Of a DNA stretch of 64,000 nt, positions 49,470 to 60,929 are shown one piece after another. Numbering within the stretch: the first letter of the stretch is position 1; every line of letters begins with the position of its first letter. Made by a program: the position numbers and the translations under genes. The notes beneath the pieces are model-generated. The model saw only the letters and a program-made list of their open reading frames with translations. It ran no database searches and was not told the DNA's origin. The stretch is from contig NW_026515691.1 in NCBI RefSeq assembly GCF_025526975.1, forward strand, positions 248,001-312,000. Direction: 5' to 3'. Source of the DNA: Fimicolochytrium jonesii. Taxonomy: Eukaryota.

Positions 49470-52191
49470 CTAGATGTCCTGACTCAAAGCCCTAGTTTCC
49501 GAGAGATGCACCAGCTTGGCAATGATCTCATCAAGCGGTATAACCTTGCCCTTCTTTCCAAACTTCAGGTCCTTGTTGACGTAGTTGTCCCGGCAGTTGA
49601 CGGTACGAGCGCCCTCCTCTTCCTCGCCAACAACGAAGGTGAAGTTCCAACCCGCAGTGTCCGCGTACGCAATCTTCTTGTTCAGGGTAACGTCGCTGAG
49701 GTCAGCTTCGGCTTCCAGGCCTTTCTCGAATAAGAGCTTCTGGATCTCCTGCGCGTAATCGTTGTACTTGGCGGCAACGGGGATGATGGCCACTTGACGT
49801 GGCGACAGCCAGAATGGCCACTTGCCACCAAAGTTCTCGGTGATGATGGCGATGAATCGCTCGAGGGATCCGAGGATGGCGCGGTGAATCATGACGGGGC
49901 GTTCGTAGGTCATGTCCTTGCTGCGGTATTGGAGTTGGAATCGTTGAGGGAGTTGGAAGTCGAGTTGGATGGTGGCACATTGATGCTTGCGGCGGAGGGC
50001 GTCAGAAATGACAATGTCGATTTTGGGTCCGTAAAAGGCTCCGTCTCCTGGGTTTAATTGCCATTTCTTGCCGAACTTGTTGAGCGCGTTTTCCAGAATC
50101 TTTTCGGCATTGTCCCATGTCTCAACCTCTCCTAAGAACTTCTCTGGCCTGGTGGAGAGTTTCAGCGTAAAGTCGAAACCGAAGATGCCGTAAATGGCCT
50201 GGAAGAAGTCAAGGCAGCTGTCCATCTCCGTTTGGAGCTAGAATGCGCACAAATCAAGTCAAAACTAGGTATCTTCGTTGGCCGACTGCTGCTTTCTCCA
50301 CACATACCTGGTCGAGGGTACAGAAGATGTGCGCATCATCCTGCTGGAAGCGTCGCACACGAGTAAGCCCCGTAAGCGCGCCGGAAGCTTCATTACGGTG
50401 CAGAACTCCAAAGTCCGCAAACCGCAATGGCAACTCGCGGTATGATCGATCGCGGTGTCCGAACATGACACAATGGCCGGGGCAGTTCATGGGCTTCAAT
50501 GCCCACTTTTCTTTCTCGATGTCCAAGACGAACATGTCCTCCTGGTAGAACCATTGATCAGCACCAACACATAGTGATAACGGGGAGCGACGCGACTTAC
50601 CGAGTAGTTCTCCCAGTGCCCGCTGGTCTCCCATAACTTGGTGTTGTACATATTCGGCGTAATGACTTCTTGGTATCCCCGTTTCCGGTACTGGCTCTTT
50701 TGCAGTTCCAGGAGCTTGTTGTAGATCTTTGCTCCGTGGGGAAGGAAAAAGCAGCTTCCAGGGCTGAGAGGGTCGAAGAAGAACAGCTCTTGTTCCTGTT
50801 GACGATGCGGTTTAGCCGAATGAGCTGCCAGCACCAATGGCTCCTCCATCCACGGTACCTTTCCAATCTTCCTGTGATCACGCGCGGCAGCCTCCTTCAT
50901 GAACTCCTGGTGCTGCTTCATCCTCTCGTTGTCGGGGAATGAGATTCCGTAAACACGTTGTAGGGAGTCGTTGTTGGCATCGCCCAAGAAGTACGATGCG
51001 GAGCTCTAGGGAACAGACGGATTAGACTCGCTCAAAGCATGTTCAAAGTATGAAACTCTTTGCGACTCACCTTGGTGACAGCAAAAGCTTTTATCCGGCC
51101 GGTGTGGGGAATATGGGGTCCCAAACAGAGATCGATCAGCGGCCCGCAACGGTAGACGGTACTAGATGTGCCGTCGGGAACCTTGTTGTCGATGAAGTGC
51201 TGCTTATACTTGTTATGCTTGAACATCTCAAGTAGTTGCTCCTTCGTCATCACTAGACGCTCAAATGGTTGCTTCTCCTTGATGGCCTTCTTGGCCAGCG
51301 TATCCAGCGCTGGATAATCCGTGGGTTGCACAGACCTTTCGGAACAACGATTATCAGCGTTCTCATCTGTTGTTTGACAGCAACGCGTCCCGGGCTTTAC
51401 CTGTCCATTCCCATCTCATAATAGAACCCATCCTCCAAGGGGGGGCCCAGACACAAATGGCATCCATAGTGAAGCTCGCACGCCTCTCCCAAGACGTGCG
51501 CAGATGAGTGCCAGTACACCTGCTCCCCTGCGAGACGAACGACGAAAAACACCGTGAGCACCGTAGCCCTCCCTCAAATCCTACCACACCTTGCCATCTA
51601 CCTTCATGGTCCTCAAAAGTGAGCAGCTGCAACTTGCAAGACTTCTCAAGCGGTCTCGGGAGATCCCAAAGCACACCGTCCACTTTCGAGATGACAACTT
51701 TCTCGGATAACGACTTGCTGATGGATTTGGCAATGTCCAAAGGCGAGGTTTCCCATGCCTTGCCGTTTACACTCTTGCCGTCAGGCAAAGTGACCACAAT
51801 GTCGTCGCGCGGTTTCTCTGCCAACACAAGATAATTGTTAACCAGCAGGCCTTGACTTCCTGGAGGGCAAGGTCATGATGCGTACTCGCAACTTCATCGT
51901 CATATTCCTTCTTCAATTTCTCGAACATCTTCACGCGGTATTCGATGTACTCTGGACGAGGGGTGATCTGGTCGTTCGAAGAAGCGGCCGGTCCAAAAGG
52001 TTGTTAAGGGAATTCGAGGCTTGATTCACTGAAATTGCCGGAGAACTTACCTCCAAAGGCGAAGCATCCCCACCGGGAGCCTTAGCCTTCTTGGCTTTTG
52101 CCGGCTTCACGGCCTCCTTGACCCCATCGGCGACAGCGGTCACGGCGGTTTTCACCTCCTCGGCGAGCTTTGCAGCAGCGGATTCCGACAT
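49470..52191 (-). CDS. THS1: Cytosolic threonyl-tRNA synthetase, multi-exon
   Basis: TGS domain VTLPDGK...[57 protein letters not shown] and [11 protein letters not shown]. Confidence 0.98.
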
Positions 52192-52435
52192 TGCGTTTGA
52201 AGTTGAGCGCTTTAACTTTTTCGGGGCTTGCAGCAGCTGCTGTCCTCTTTATAACAACGGAGGGCCGGAGCTGCAAGCGCTGTGGTTGCAAACGGGGCGG
52301 CCGATGTCCTTCAGAGATCGTTAGGAACAAGCCTCGTCCAGAGCCGAACTGTGAGGAACTTGACAAGGGACTTGTCCGCCCTGCGCCACACCTCACCGAG
52401 TCATCCACCTCAGCATCCACCTCAGATTTCGATTT

Positions 52436-54922
52436 TTACAAGGGACATCCTTGCACAATTCTTACGCATCTGGGGAAAGGAAGCCACGTGAGGACTGCAT
52501 ATACCTCTCCGTTGTTGGGGCTCACTCCAGGAAGGCAAATAATGGCTTCCGTGTTCAGCGGGACAGGAGGGTGGACGAGGACGGCACACCGTCTCAGCAC
52601 TGGAGTGCTATCCCACCGGTTTGGACGGATAGGTTCACCAAGCACTGTGTCCAAGGAGTCCAAAAGTGTGCTAGCTTTGTGCCAAAGAACCCTGCTGCTG
52701 GACTAAGCGGGTAAGCCGGCAGATGGTGAACGCGGGACTGGGCTTCCATATCGCCCGCCTGGCCCCTGCTGTTTGTGCGTAGCGGTCAGTGGCGAGTTTG
52801 TGAGGTACCCTGTTGAGGTCCTGACCAGCTCGTGCTATCGATTTGAGTAGGAAGAACCTATGCCTAATTCCATCCACTGCAAGGATAATATGGCCAAATT
52901 CAGGCGGACAGGAAGAATCTAGGCCCAAAAATAAAGCAGCGAAGCACTTGTGCTATCCTATTAGAGAAAAATATCCCTTAGACTTTGGATCATATGCCTA
53001 GATTCACCAAATTACAGAGAACCACGCTCCCATCCCACAAGACAGTGTCCGTGCTCAACACGATGCGCATCCCACTTCCAGCAGCTATCCTCCGCTTCGT
53101 ATATGCTTCATATTGGTTCTCTGCAGAACAACCCAGAACATCCACGTGATATTGCGCTTCGATGTAGGCTCGGCGCACTTCACCGGTGCAATGCTCCAAC
53201 AGGGATAACAGTTGGGTAATGCGCTCAAGAAGGAACTTCCGTTCCGATCCATGCGTAGGTAAGGATGCATAGGGATAGAAACGCACCAACGATTAACTAT
53301 TTGGCAATGTATCCCGCTGATTTTGAGGAGACGATCATACAGCGTGTGAAAGGCGATATGTTTATGCCTCTCATTTGAGTACTCCACTAGGTTGTCCTTG
53401 AAGCTCACCCCAGCTTCGTGCATTTCCAGCTAAGAGTGAAGCCCGACTCAGTGAGCTGATCAAAATGCGAGACGCATGCGTCCAACGCTCGTACCGCTGC
53501 CAGCTTCAAAATCCATTCACGTATGCATTCATCTACGTAAGTAATAAACTGGTACGACTCCAGCTCTTTCAGGAGCTCCGGATAGTTCGGTAATTCCTGA
53601 CGTCGGCTCTTCAGTACTGGTATGATTTCGACCGCCAGTAGCCTGTCAGGGAGGGAGATCTTCAGCGTTGCGCAGCAGAGGACGCAACCCAGTAACTCTC
53701 CATTGACTCACTCCTTCAGTACTGGGCGCAACTCAAATTCATTCGGTGTTTTGATGTTCGGCTTGCCTAAACCGCGCACATTGGTTTTCCGTCGCTTTGG
53801 TGCGATCCGTTCTGGTGGCGAGGCCAGGTGTCGCTCTGGGCTGAAAGCACGCTTCGGGCCAAGCTCGGAAGCGACCTGGCCGGCGAGTGTGCACATTCCC
53901 GATGTGAAAACTCTGTTGTTTTTGGGCCCTGAGGCAACCTCTTCGAAGTAGGTTGTGAAGAACTTCGTAACATTGTTGGCCTCACGCGGGAGGTGATGTC
54001 AGTAATCAAGAGAGTGGCAAAACAAAGACGAGAGATTGTACTTGAGGAAGGGTCCGGAGCACTTTGGACGCATTTCGCGCCACTCGCTTTAACCTCCCGC
54101 CCTGGAAGCATTGCGCTCATACGGGGTGAGGGAGTTCCAGACCCGCCATCGCAGCCGTGCACTTTGGACGCATTTCGCGCCACTCGCTTTAACCTCCCGC
54201 CCTGGAAGCATTGCGCTCATACGGGGTGAGGGAGTACGACTGAATGACCCTATCTAATGGGGTAATGGGGAAGATACTCGATGAGGTGCACTTGCCTTGC
54301 TATCTATGAACCTCTTGATTCTTTTCAAGTAATCTAGCGCTCCGGTGACTGCGGTCTGATCTGCATCCTGTTCCTTCTTTGCTGTGATGTACAGGCTGTT
54401 TGCATCTTCTACTAGCCGGTTCAACTGTGCCTTATAAAGTTCTAGAGCGTTTGTGCGCAATCGCCGCTGCCTCAATGTCCTTGAATAGCGCCTCAATGAA
54501 TGCGCTTGGGGTGAGAGAATTATCAGCGAAGAGCCGTACGACAGCGTCGTCGAGCACCTCTCACTCGCTGTCGGACGCCATCTTAGGACTGCTCAAGAAC
54601 GCGGTGACTGTCTGGCGGTGATTGCGTGTACGGAGGGCAAGGAAAGTAGATCGCGCTGGCTACCGTCGGGACAGCAGTCGTCCTGGGTGATTTTGATGGC
54701 CCCCGGCGGCTGTACTGCGGGCACTAGTGGCTCCTCAGCGTTTGGATGCAACAGCTCCTGTGGAGTCGGGCAACGGGAATCCAAAGCGGGAGATCGCGTT
54801 CCGAACAGAGGTAATCCGAGGAGGGAGGCGCGTCCGCAGGGAAACCGACTTGCGACGCGTGGTCTAGTTGCGGGACCCTTGGAAATCGTCAAGGCGGGCC
54901 TGCGGAGTCTTGGCATGCACAA
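52436..54922 (-). pseudogene. Multi-exon hypothetical gene, possibly disrupted
   Basis: A series of protein-like minus-strand segments with splice-like ends and an NLS-like PKRRK. There is an apparent frame switch near 54455 and a duplication with a 100-bp period. Confidence 0.35.
54059..54235. repeat. Perfect direct repeat, 2 x 77 bp, period 100 bp
   Basis: gcactttggacg...ggtgagggagt at 54059-54135 and 54159-54235. Confidence 0.95.
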
Positions 54923-55422
54923 GATGCACAGGGCGCAGCGTTTGGACCGTGGAAGGGTCTCGTATCAACGAGGTGAACGGATGTACGGAAATTTAACGTA
55001 AAGCCAATGTCGTAGTGGAGGCACGAAGGTCGTTGACCGTCGATGTCGAAGCTGCGAAGTTGACTTGCGGATCATTAATCCCCATTATGCGGTCAGGCAG
55101 GGACTGGTGGGGAGACATCCCGCCGCATTACGTGAAATCTGTAGCCGACGAGCGGTTCATGCACTTCTATTGGGCACCAGTGGATTTGGATCGGTAGTCA
55201 TTGGAAACATCCAACTTCGCTCTATGCCTGTTGTAAATGAATGCGTTTTTGGAGAGCGCGATCGCTGCAGTTAGCCATATTTGGGCGGACGAACGGCTAT
55301 GTATTGTACACATGTATACATTCTGAAGAAAACGGTGCTAAGCTTCAGTATTGTGCCGTCATGACAGCGACGCCGCGACCGCGTCCAGTCCTTCGACGAC
55401 ATGGCATTGGCCCTAGACCTCA

Positions 55423-58400
55423 TCATCGACCCTTCCCACGTCCCCTACCCCTTCCGCGTCCCCTGCCCGCCCCGAATCTGGGAGGTAGAAGAATCTCAGG
55501 TTCAGGCGGGAGTACGTAGACCGGTACCTCCGTTCGGCGGAGTTCGGGAGACGAGATGTTGGGATAGGCGGCCATTTCGTGTTTCAAGGCTGGCTTCAAG
55601 GGAAGGTGCAGGGGCTTGAGCGGACCGGATGCGGTGTTGGATGCGGGTTCGGTAGATGGCTGGCGCTCGGAGGTGTTGCTCGATGTGACATTAGCGTCGC
55701 TTTGTCCTGCGGACTCCGGCTGCTCGTGAAGTCCTTCCTCCTTCGGCAGATCAGCAGCGACCTTGATGTTCGTGTCGCTGAAGGCATCTTCAGACTCCGA
55801 TTGGCCTTCGCCTTCCGCCGCCTTCCCCTTGTCACTTTCGAATTCCTTTTCGTTCCCACTCTTCTTGTCGCCAGCCAGCGGGTTTCGTGGCTGACTCGCT
55901 TCCATCATGACAGAGATCTTCTGCCGCGGATTGTACTCAACCACATTGACAAGCGAGTTACGCCACCGGATCTTGCGCTGCCTCTCCCTTTCCTCCTCCC
56001 CTCCATCATCCTTTTGTACGGCACTGCTATTGTTCTCAGATCCCTCTCCTGGCAGCTTACTCGATGGCTCTCCGCCCGTGTACGACAACCCAGTTCCCAC
56101 TTTCTTCCGTTGCTCCATCCGATTCTTCAACTTGGTGCTCGGGCTTACATTCATTCCTTTCAGTTTGGCGGCCGGCATCGGCTGCTTCACCAGAACGCAC
56201 TTCTGAACCCCGTTCCTGGCATTGTTTTGCCGTACGAGCGCGTCTAGTTGAGCCTCAGTGAGATTTGAAAGGGATTGCGTCGATGGCGGAGGGTTGACGC
56301 GGCGCTTCGTTGCCCGGGTCTGATATTCGGGAGGCAGAAAGTCCAGTTTTGACATGCCCTCATCGCGGTCTGCGGGCGCGGAGGACGTATCAGCCGTCGT
56401 ACTTTTTCCAGCAGTTCTTTCCGTGCGCTTCTCAATTTGCGACTGGAGATGCTGCTTCTTCTCCTGTATCGACTGAAGAGCGAATTCCAGTGCTGCACGC
56501 TCGCTCGCGCTTGACTTATTGCTGCTCGCACGATCGCGCGAGAAGCGGGGAAGTTTGCTTCCACCCAGCGTTGAGGGTGTTACCGCGGGTTTGGGCCGGG
56601 TCTTGTTTGTATCGATCGGTACGGACGGACTTGCACTTGCAACGTCGGTCGCTTTTGAGGCTTCTTCACCATTCACAGTCGGTGGTTCCGACATAGTGCC
56701 GCTGGAAGAACTTGCGTCCTCTGACACTCCCTCTCGTCTTTCGTTCTGCTCTGCCTGCCTCAGATCATCCATTGTTACCTCTGCCTGAACCCCCTCGACA
56801 GACCGTCCCTCTTCAGGAATGTTATCAAAGCTGGCTGGGACTTCAGCAACGTCGCCAACGTCGACGCCGCCCCCAATGTCGTCAATCCGAGTCTCCTCAA
56901 CAATATCTTCAAGAAACCCAATCTTTCCCTCTCCATCGGCATTCGGCCACGATTTCTCATCACCTCCAACCACAGCCCAAGAATCAGCTCTCTCCACCTT
57001 TTTCCGCTCTGGACTCAAGTCACCCAGAAAATTGAGCTCTGAGGGAATCGATGACGTCGAAATATCGAGCTCCAATGAGGGGGCCTCGACGCCGGCCTCT
57101 CCACTATCCAGAAGGGGGTTGCGCGGGCGCCGCACCTCACTTGACAATGGTGACGGTGTAGCCACAGGCTTTGGTATGTCTGGGAGAATACTCCTCGCCG
57201 GAGAATCGAACGATGGCAACGAGTCTTGGGAGGGCTCCAGTTCACTGTTGAGGAACGTGATGGAAGATGGCTCTACGATCGAATCGTCCGCCATAAAGAC
57301 GGGATCTGGCAGTGATCGAAGTGGTGCTTCCAACGTCGCCTTTGGTAGAAGTATCGCACTCATTTCGGCTGGCTCGTCGGAGCTAGAGGAACTTGATTGG
57401 TCCGCCGCCGAAGATCCGCCTATCAGATTGCCGCCATTATCTTCGGACGCAGAAGTCTCCCCACCACTACTTTGACCCCATGCACTCGGTGAGGGCTCAG
57501 ACCCCTCAATCGCGTTTTGGGAGCCGTTGATAAGGTCAGCCGCGCCGCCGGAACCCCGCACCTGTGGCGGTCGGGAGAAAGTACTCGGTTCCTTGATCGG
57601 CACGGAATCGTTTTCCGTTCGGGTCGGCGCCGCCTCGTGACCTGTTTCGTTGGTTGGGCTTTCTCCATGACTTATTTCTTCTTCGGGACTTCCGGCAAGC
57701 ACCTTGTCCTCCGCCCCCGAATCTTCGGGGACATTCTCAATTGAAGTGTGTTTCTCCGGGTCGGCGGGATCTTGCTGCACATGGGAGTTCGAACCTCCCA
57801 GGTTGGCACCTTGTTGCGTTTCGGAAGCGCGAAGGTCGACAATGCTTGTGGACCCTTGTGGTGAATCTCCTCCTTCGTTTCGCTCGACTAGCGGGTGAGT
57901 AGCTCCAACTTCCGGATCGTCTTGTTGGACCACAGTCGTAGCCTTAGCCTGGATCACCCCAACGGTTTTGTGCTCGTCTTTTGGTTCGTGTTTGCTTTCC
58001 AAAACCATGTTCATGAGTGCGGCATTTCTCATGTCGTCGATAAGCGTATTGATAGACTTCCGAGGGCCCGTCGATATGGATTTTCTGGCGGCACGAGCGG
58101 GGTTGGCTCTTCGGCGCGGGCTAGCGAGCTTTGCCGTGTTGGAGCGCGGATCATCGAAACTGACTTGACGTACGACGCTTGTGCTAGACGGAGTTTGGCG
58201 GCTTTTGGTAGAGGAAGCTGGCACAGCATCCGTGGGCGATTCACCCGCGGCTGATGCTCTCGATGGACCATTACCACTTAAATGAGTCGCATGCACGTCG
58301 GACGCCGAATCTGTGTTCGGACCCATCGCCTTGATCGCAGATTGGTCCCCGCCGGTTGCGATTGCTTCCATTTCCGAGTCAACGTCAGCGATAGATTTTA

Positions 58401-59616
58401 CCGTCCCTGTTCGACTATCAGCGCACAGGCTTTGTCCTCCGTCGCTTTTGGCCTCACAAAAGTCGCCTTTTTCTTCACTTGTCTGGAAGCGAGACGAATT
58501 CCGAGAACTATCATCGCCATCTTGATCAGTCTCCTTGTCGTGGAAGGTTGATGCGCTTCCCGCTATCGTCGGACCTTCTGCACTTCTCTTGGGTGCCTCA
58601 GAGCTGAAGTCAGTATTTTCCGGACCCGAAGAACCTGCCGGATCTTCCATTCCACCACTCTCGGTCGGTGAGCCTTTCAATCCATTTTCACCGCTCGGCA
58701 CCTCCATAGAATCTTTAAGCGAGTCTTGTGTTTCGGAAATTTCCCCAGGGTCCAGTCGCTCCCGGCTGTGACTGATCTTCGCATCATGCGGCACCAATCC
58801 GCCGCGCTGCGAAACGTCGCTAGTTTCTTTCTCGCACGCTCCAAAGGTCTTCGAGAACGTATCTATGTCAATAGTCTCCTCGCAAGTGTATAGGCTGGGA
58901 AACAACCTCAGGAAATACGAATCCGCTTTCGCTGCTGTGAGCGGGGATTGCTGCCCGCTGATGAGAATGTAGTCGCTGATACCGTCTGGCAGCACCAGTT
59001 GCGTATCGACAACGGGAAGGATCATCTAGGCGGGTACTCTACGTCTGCGGCACTCGAACGGGAGTGTCTACGAAAGGAATCTGCTCTATGCGGTTATGAG
59101 ATGGTTCTATCCGCGAGAGAACAAAACGCGTTAAGATTGCGACTTCCGGTGACCTGCTGAACCTTTGAATCCTCCCCTCCAGCCGCTTCTTTGTGCCCCC
59201 AGCTCCTCTGCCAATGAACCTTCGCAGCCTTCGCATGCGCTGCAAATGAGCCAATCTCAATGACACGAGTCTCCACGAAACGAATAGTGAAATCCAATAT
59301 ATATTTTTCAACACAATGATACGTAGTCGATGGGAAAGAGGGAAGTTTGGAAACGTCACATAGAAGCGTCCGAATGTCACATGTAGAAACGCCTTTGAAT
59401 AACGGAACGCGTCGTTCATCAGTGCAAGAAAACGATGCGTAAGGGTGGCCATCAGAATTTCGTGGGGCAGCCGGTGCGAGTCAAGGGCATACCAAGGTAT
59501 GTTCGAGGTGTAACGGGAAGGAGCGAGGGTGTTTTGTTGGAGACCCGGGCCGGAACGTTCAGGGAATTGAGCCCCGCGAATCCACGCTGAACCGCCGTGA
59601 GGATGTCAGATACCAT
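55423..59616 (-). CDS. Large Ser/Glu-rich disordered hypothetical protein; 1200-codon last exon, 5' exons tentative
   Basis: Uninterrupted ORF 55423-59025 preceded by a ctag acceptor. Plausible short upstream exons start at ATG 59616; the C-terminus has RKIRW, KPALK and GR repeats. Confidence 0.7.
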
Positions 59617-60767
59617 GGTGTCCGCGATCTACGTTGTGACGTTGAGCTAGAGAGCATATCTTCCAGCCCTGAGTAGATCCAGCATATGGCGCTGGCTCGT
59701 TGTTGCATGCGTTGAGTGACTGGGTGATCTAGGTCGTGACATCGAGCTTGTCAGGATATTAGGAGTTGATGCGGCCGGTATCTTGTCGATCGGGTTGAGT
59801 TCGTCGTTACGAAAGTGAGAGACCAGTGAGAGACCGGTTCTCTTGTGATACACTGCGCTCAATGACATAACGCAGTCTATCGTGTTGATATGGGCTTAAT
59901 GGAGTGAGACCACCGAGTCCTGTGAAATCTTTCGTCACAAAGTTGCTCTTCAGTCGTAGTGAATGTGCGAGACCGGTGGGTATATCTTTTGAGCTAGGTT
60001 GAACTTGTGAAGACATCTTGGTCCCCGCTGAGATGAGTAGGCGGGTTTATGGATTGTGCTCATTTGACCGTAATGGAGGTGCGGGATTAGAGAGTGGTCG
60101 ATCATCGTGATGCAGCAGCTGCAAGCAGGCGGATTCTTGATCGTGTTGCAAACATCTCTGATGGCGGTGAAGATAACCGCTCTCTGTTTTGAGAGTCTTC
60201 TTGATGAACTAAGACTTGAAGGGAAGCTCACGAGACGTTGGCAATGCTATGGCAGGGGAGTGTTGGAAAACGTAGCTCCGTACGGAACCCCGCGTGCGGA
60301 GATGCTACTATCCGAGCGATTTTGGTATGTTGTCTTCTCAGCAGCTCCAAAGGGCTGATCATGTCAGTTCCACCAACACCTCGGTCGCGCAGATGTTCGA
60401 TGCACCTGTGCGAATGTGCGGATTGGAAGATGGTTGCGATGCGCGGCGGATGCATAGGCTCGTCCGGAACCCTTGGTGTCTAGGGGACATGGGCGCACTC
60501 GAAATGCCGGGAGTTGTGCTGACCGGCCTGGATAGCTCGGCTTCAGACTGACGGAGTGTTCCGGTTTGTGAGGTCGCTTCACGTGCAGAACGTGGGAGGA
60601 TGACGGGAGGAAGGAAAGCTCCCTTGACTTATTTTTTTGAGGAAGAGCGTCCCGTTCTTGACGAACGATTCTGACAGCGTGGGTGCTTCGAGTCGCGACC
60701 TGAACTCTGATACTGAAATTGGACTGCTCAGCGGCGGGCTGGTCCTCGCTGTGATTCAATATGGAGA

Positions 60768-60929
60768 GGGACTGCCTGGCGGCGGGGGCTTCATTCGTCC
60801 TCTGACTTGATGTGGAGAGTGGATGGCGGAGTGCCTGGCGGAGGGCTCGGTTTTCGTCCTGACTTGATGTGGAGAGTGGATGGAGGACTGCCTGGCGGTG
60901 GGGGGCTGGATCTTCGTCCTGGGTTGATA
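60768..60929. repeat. Degenerate tandem repeat, ~57-60 bp period, about 2.5 copies
   Basis: ctgacttgatgtggagagtggatgg..ga.tgcctggcgg is repeated; in frame on the minus strand it reads HPLSTSSQ twice. Confidence 0.8.

Noticed and set aside
52192..52250. Non-AUG mitochondrial presequence for ThrRS (LLQAPKKLKRSTSNA)
   Set aside because: Only 19 codons are open before an in-frame stop that overlaps a TATA-like sequence; too short to support.
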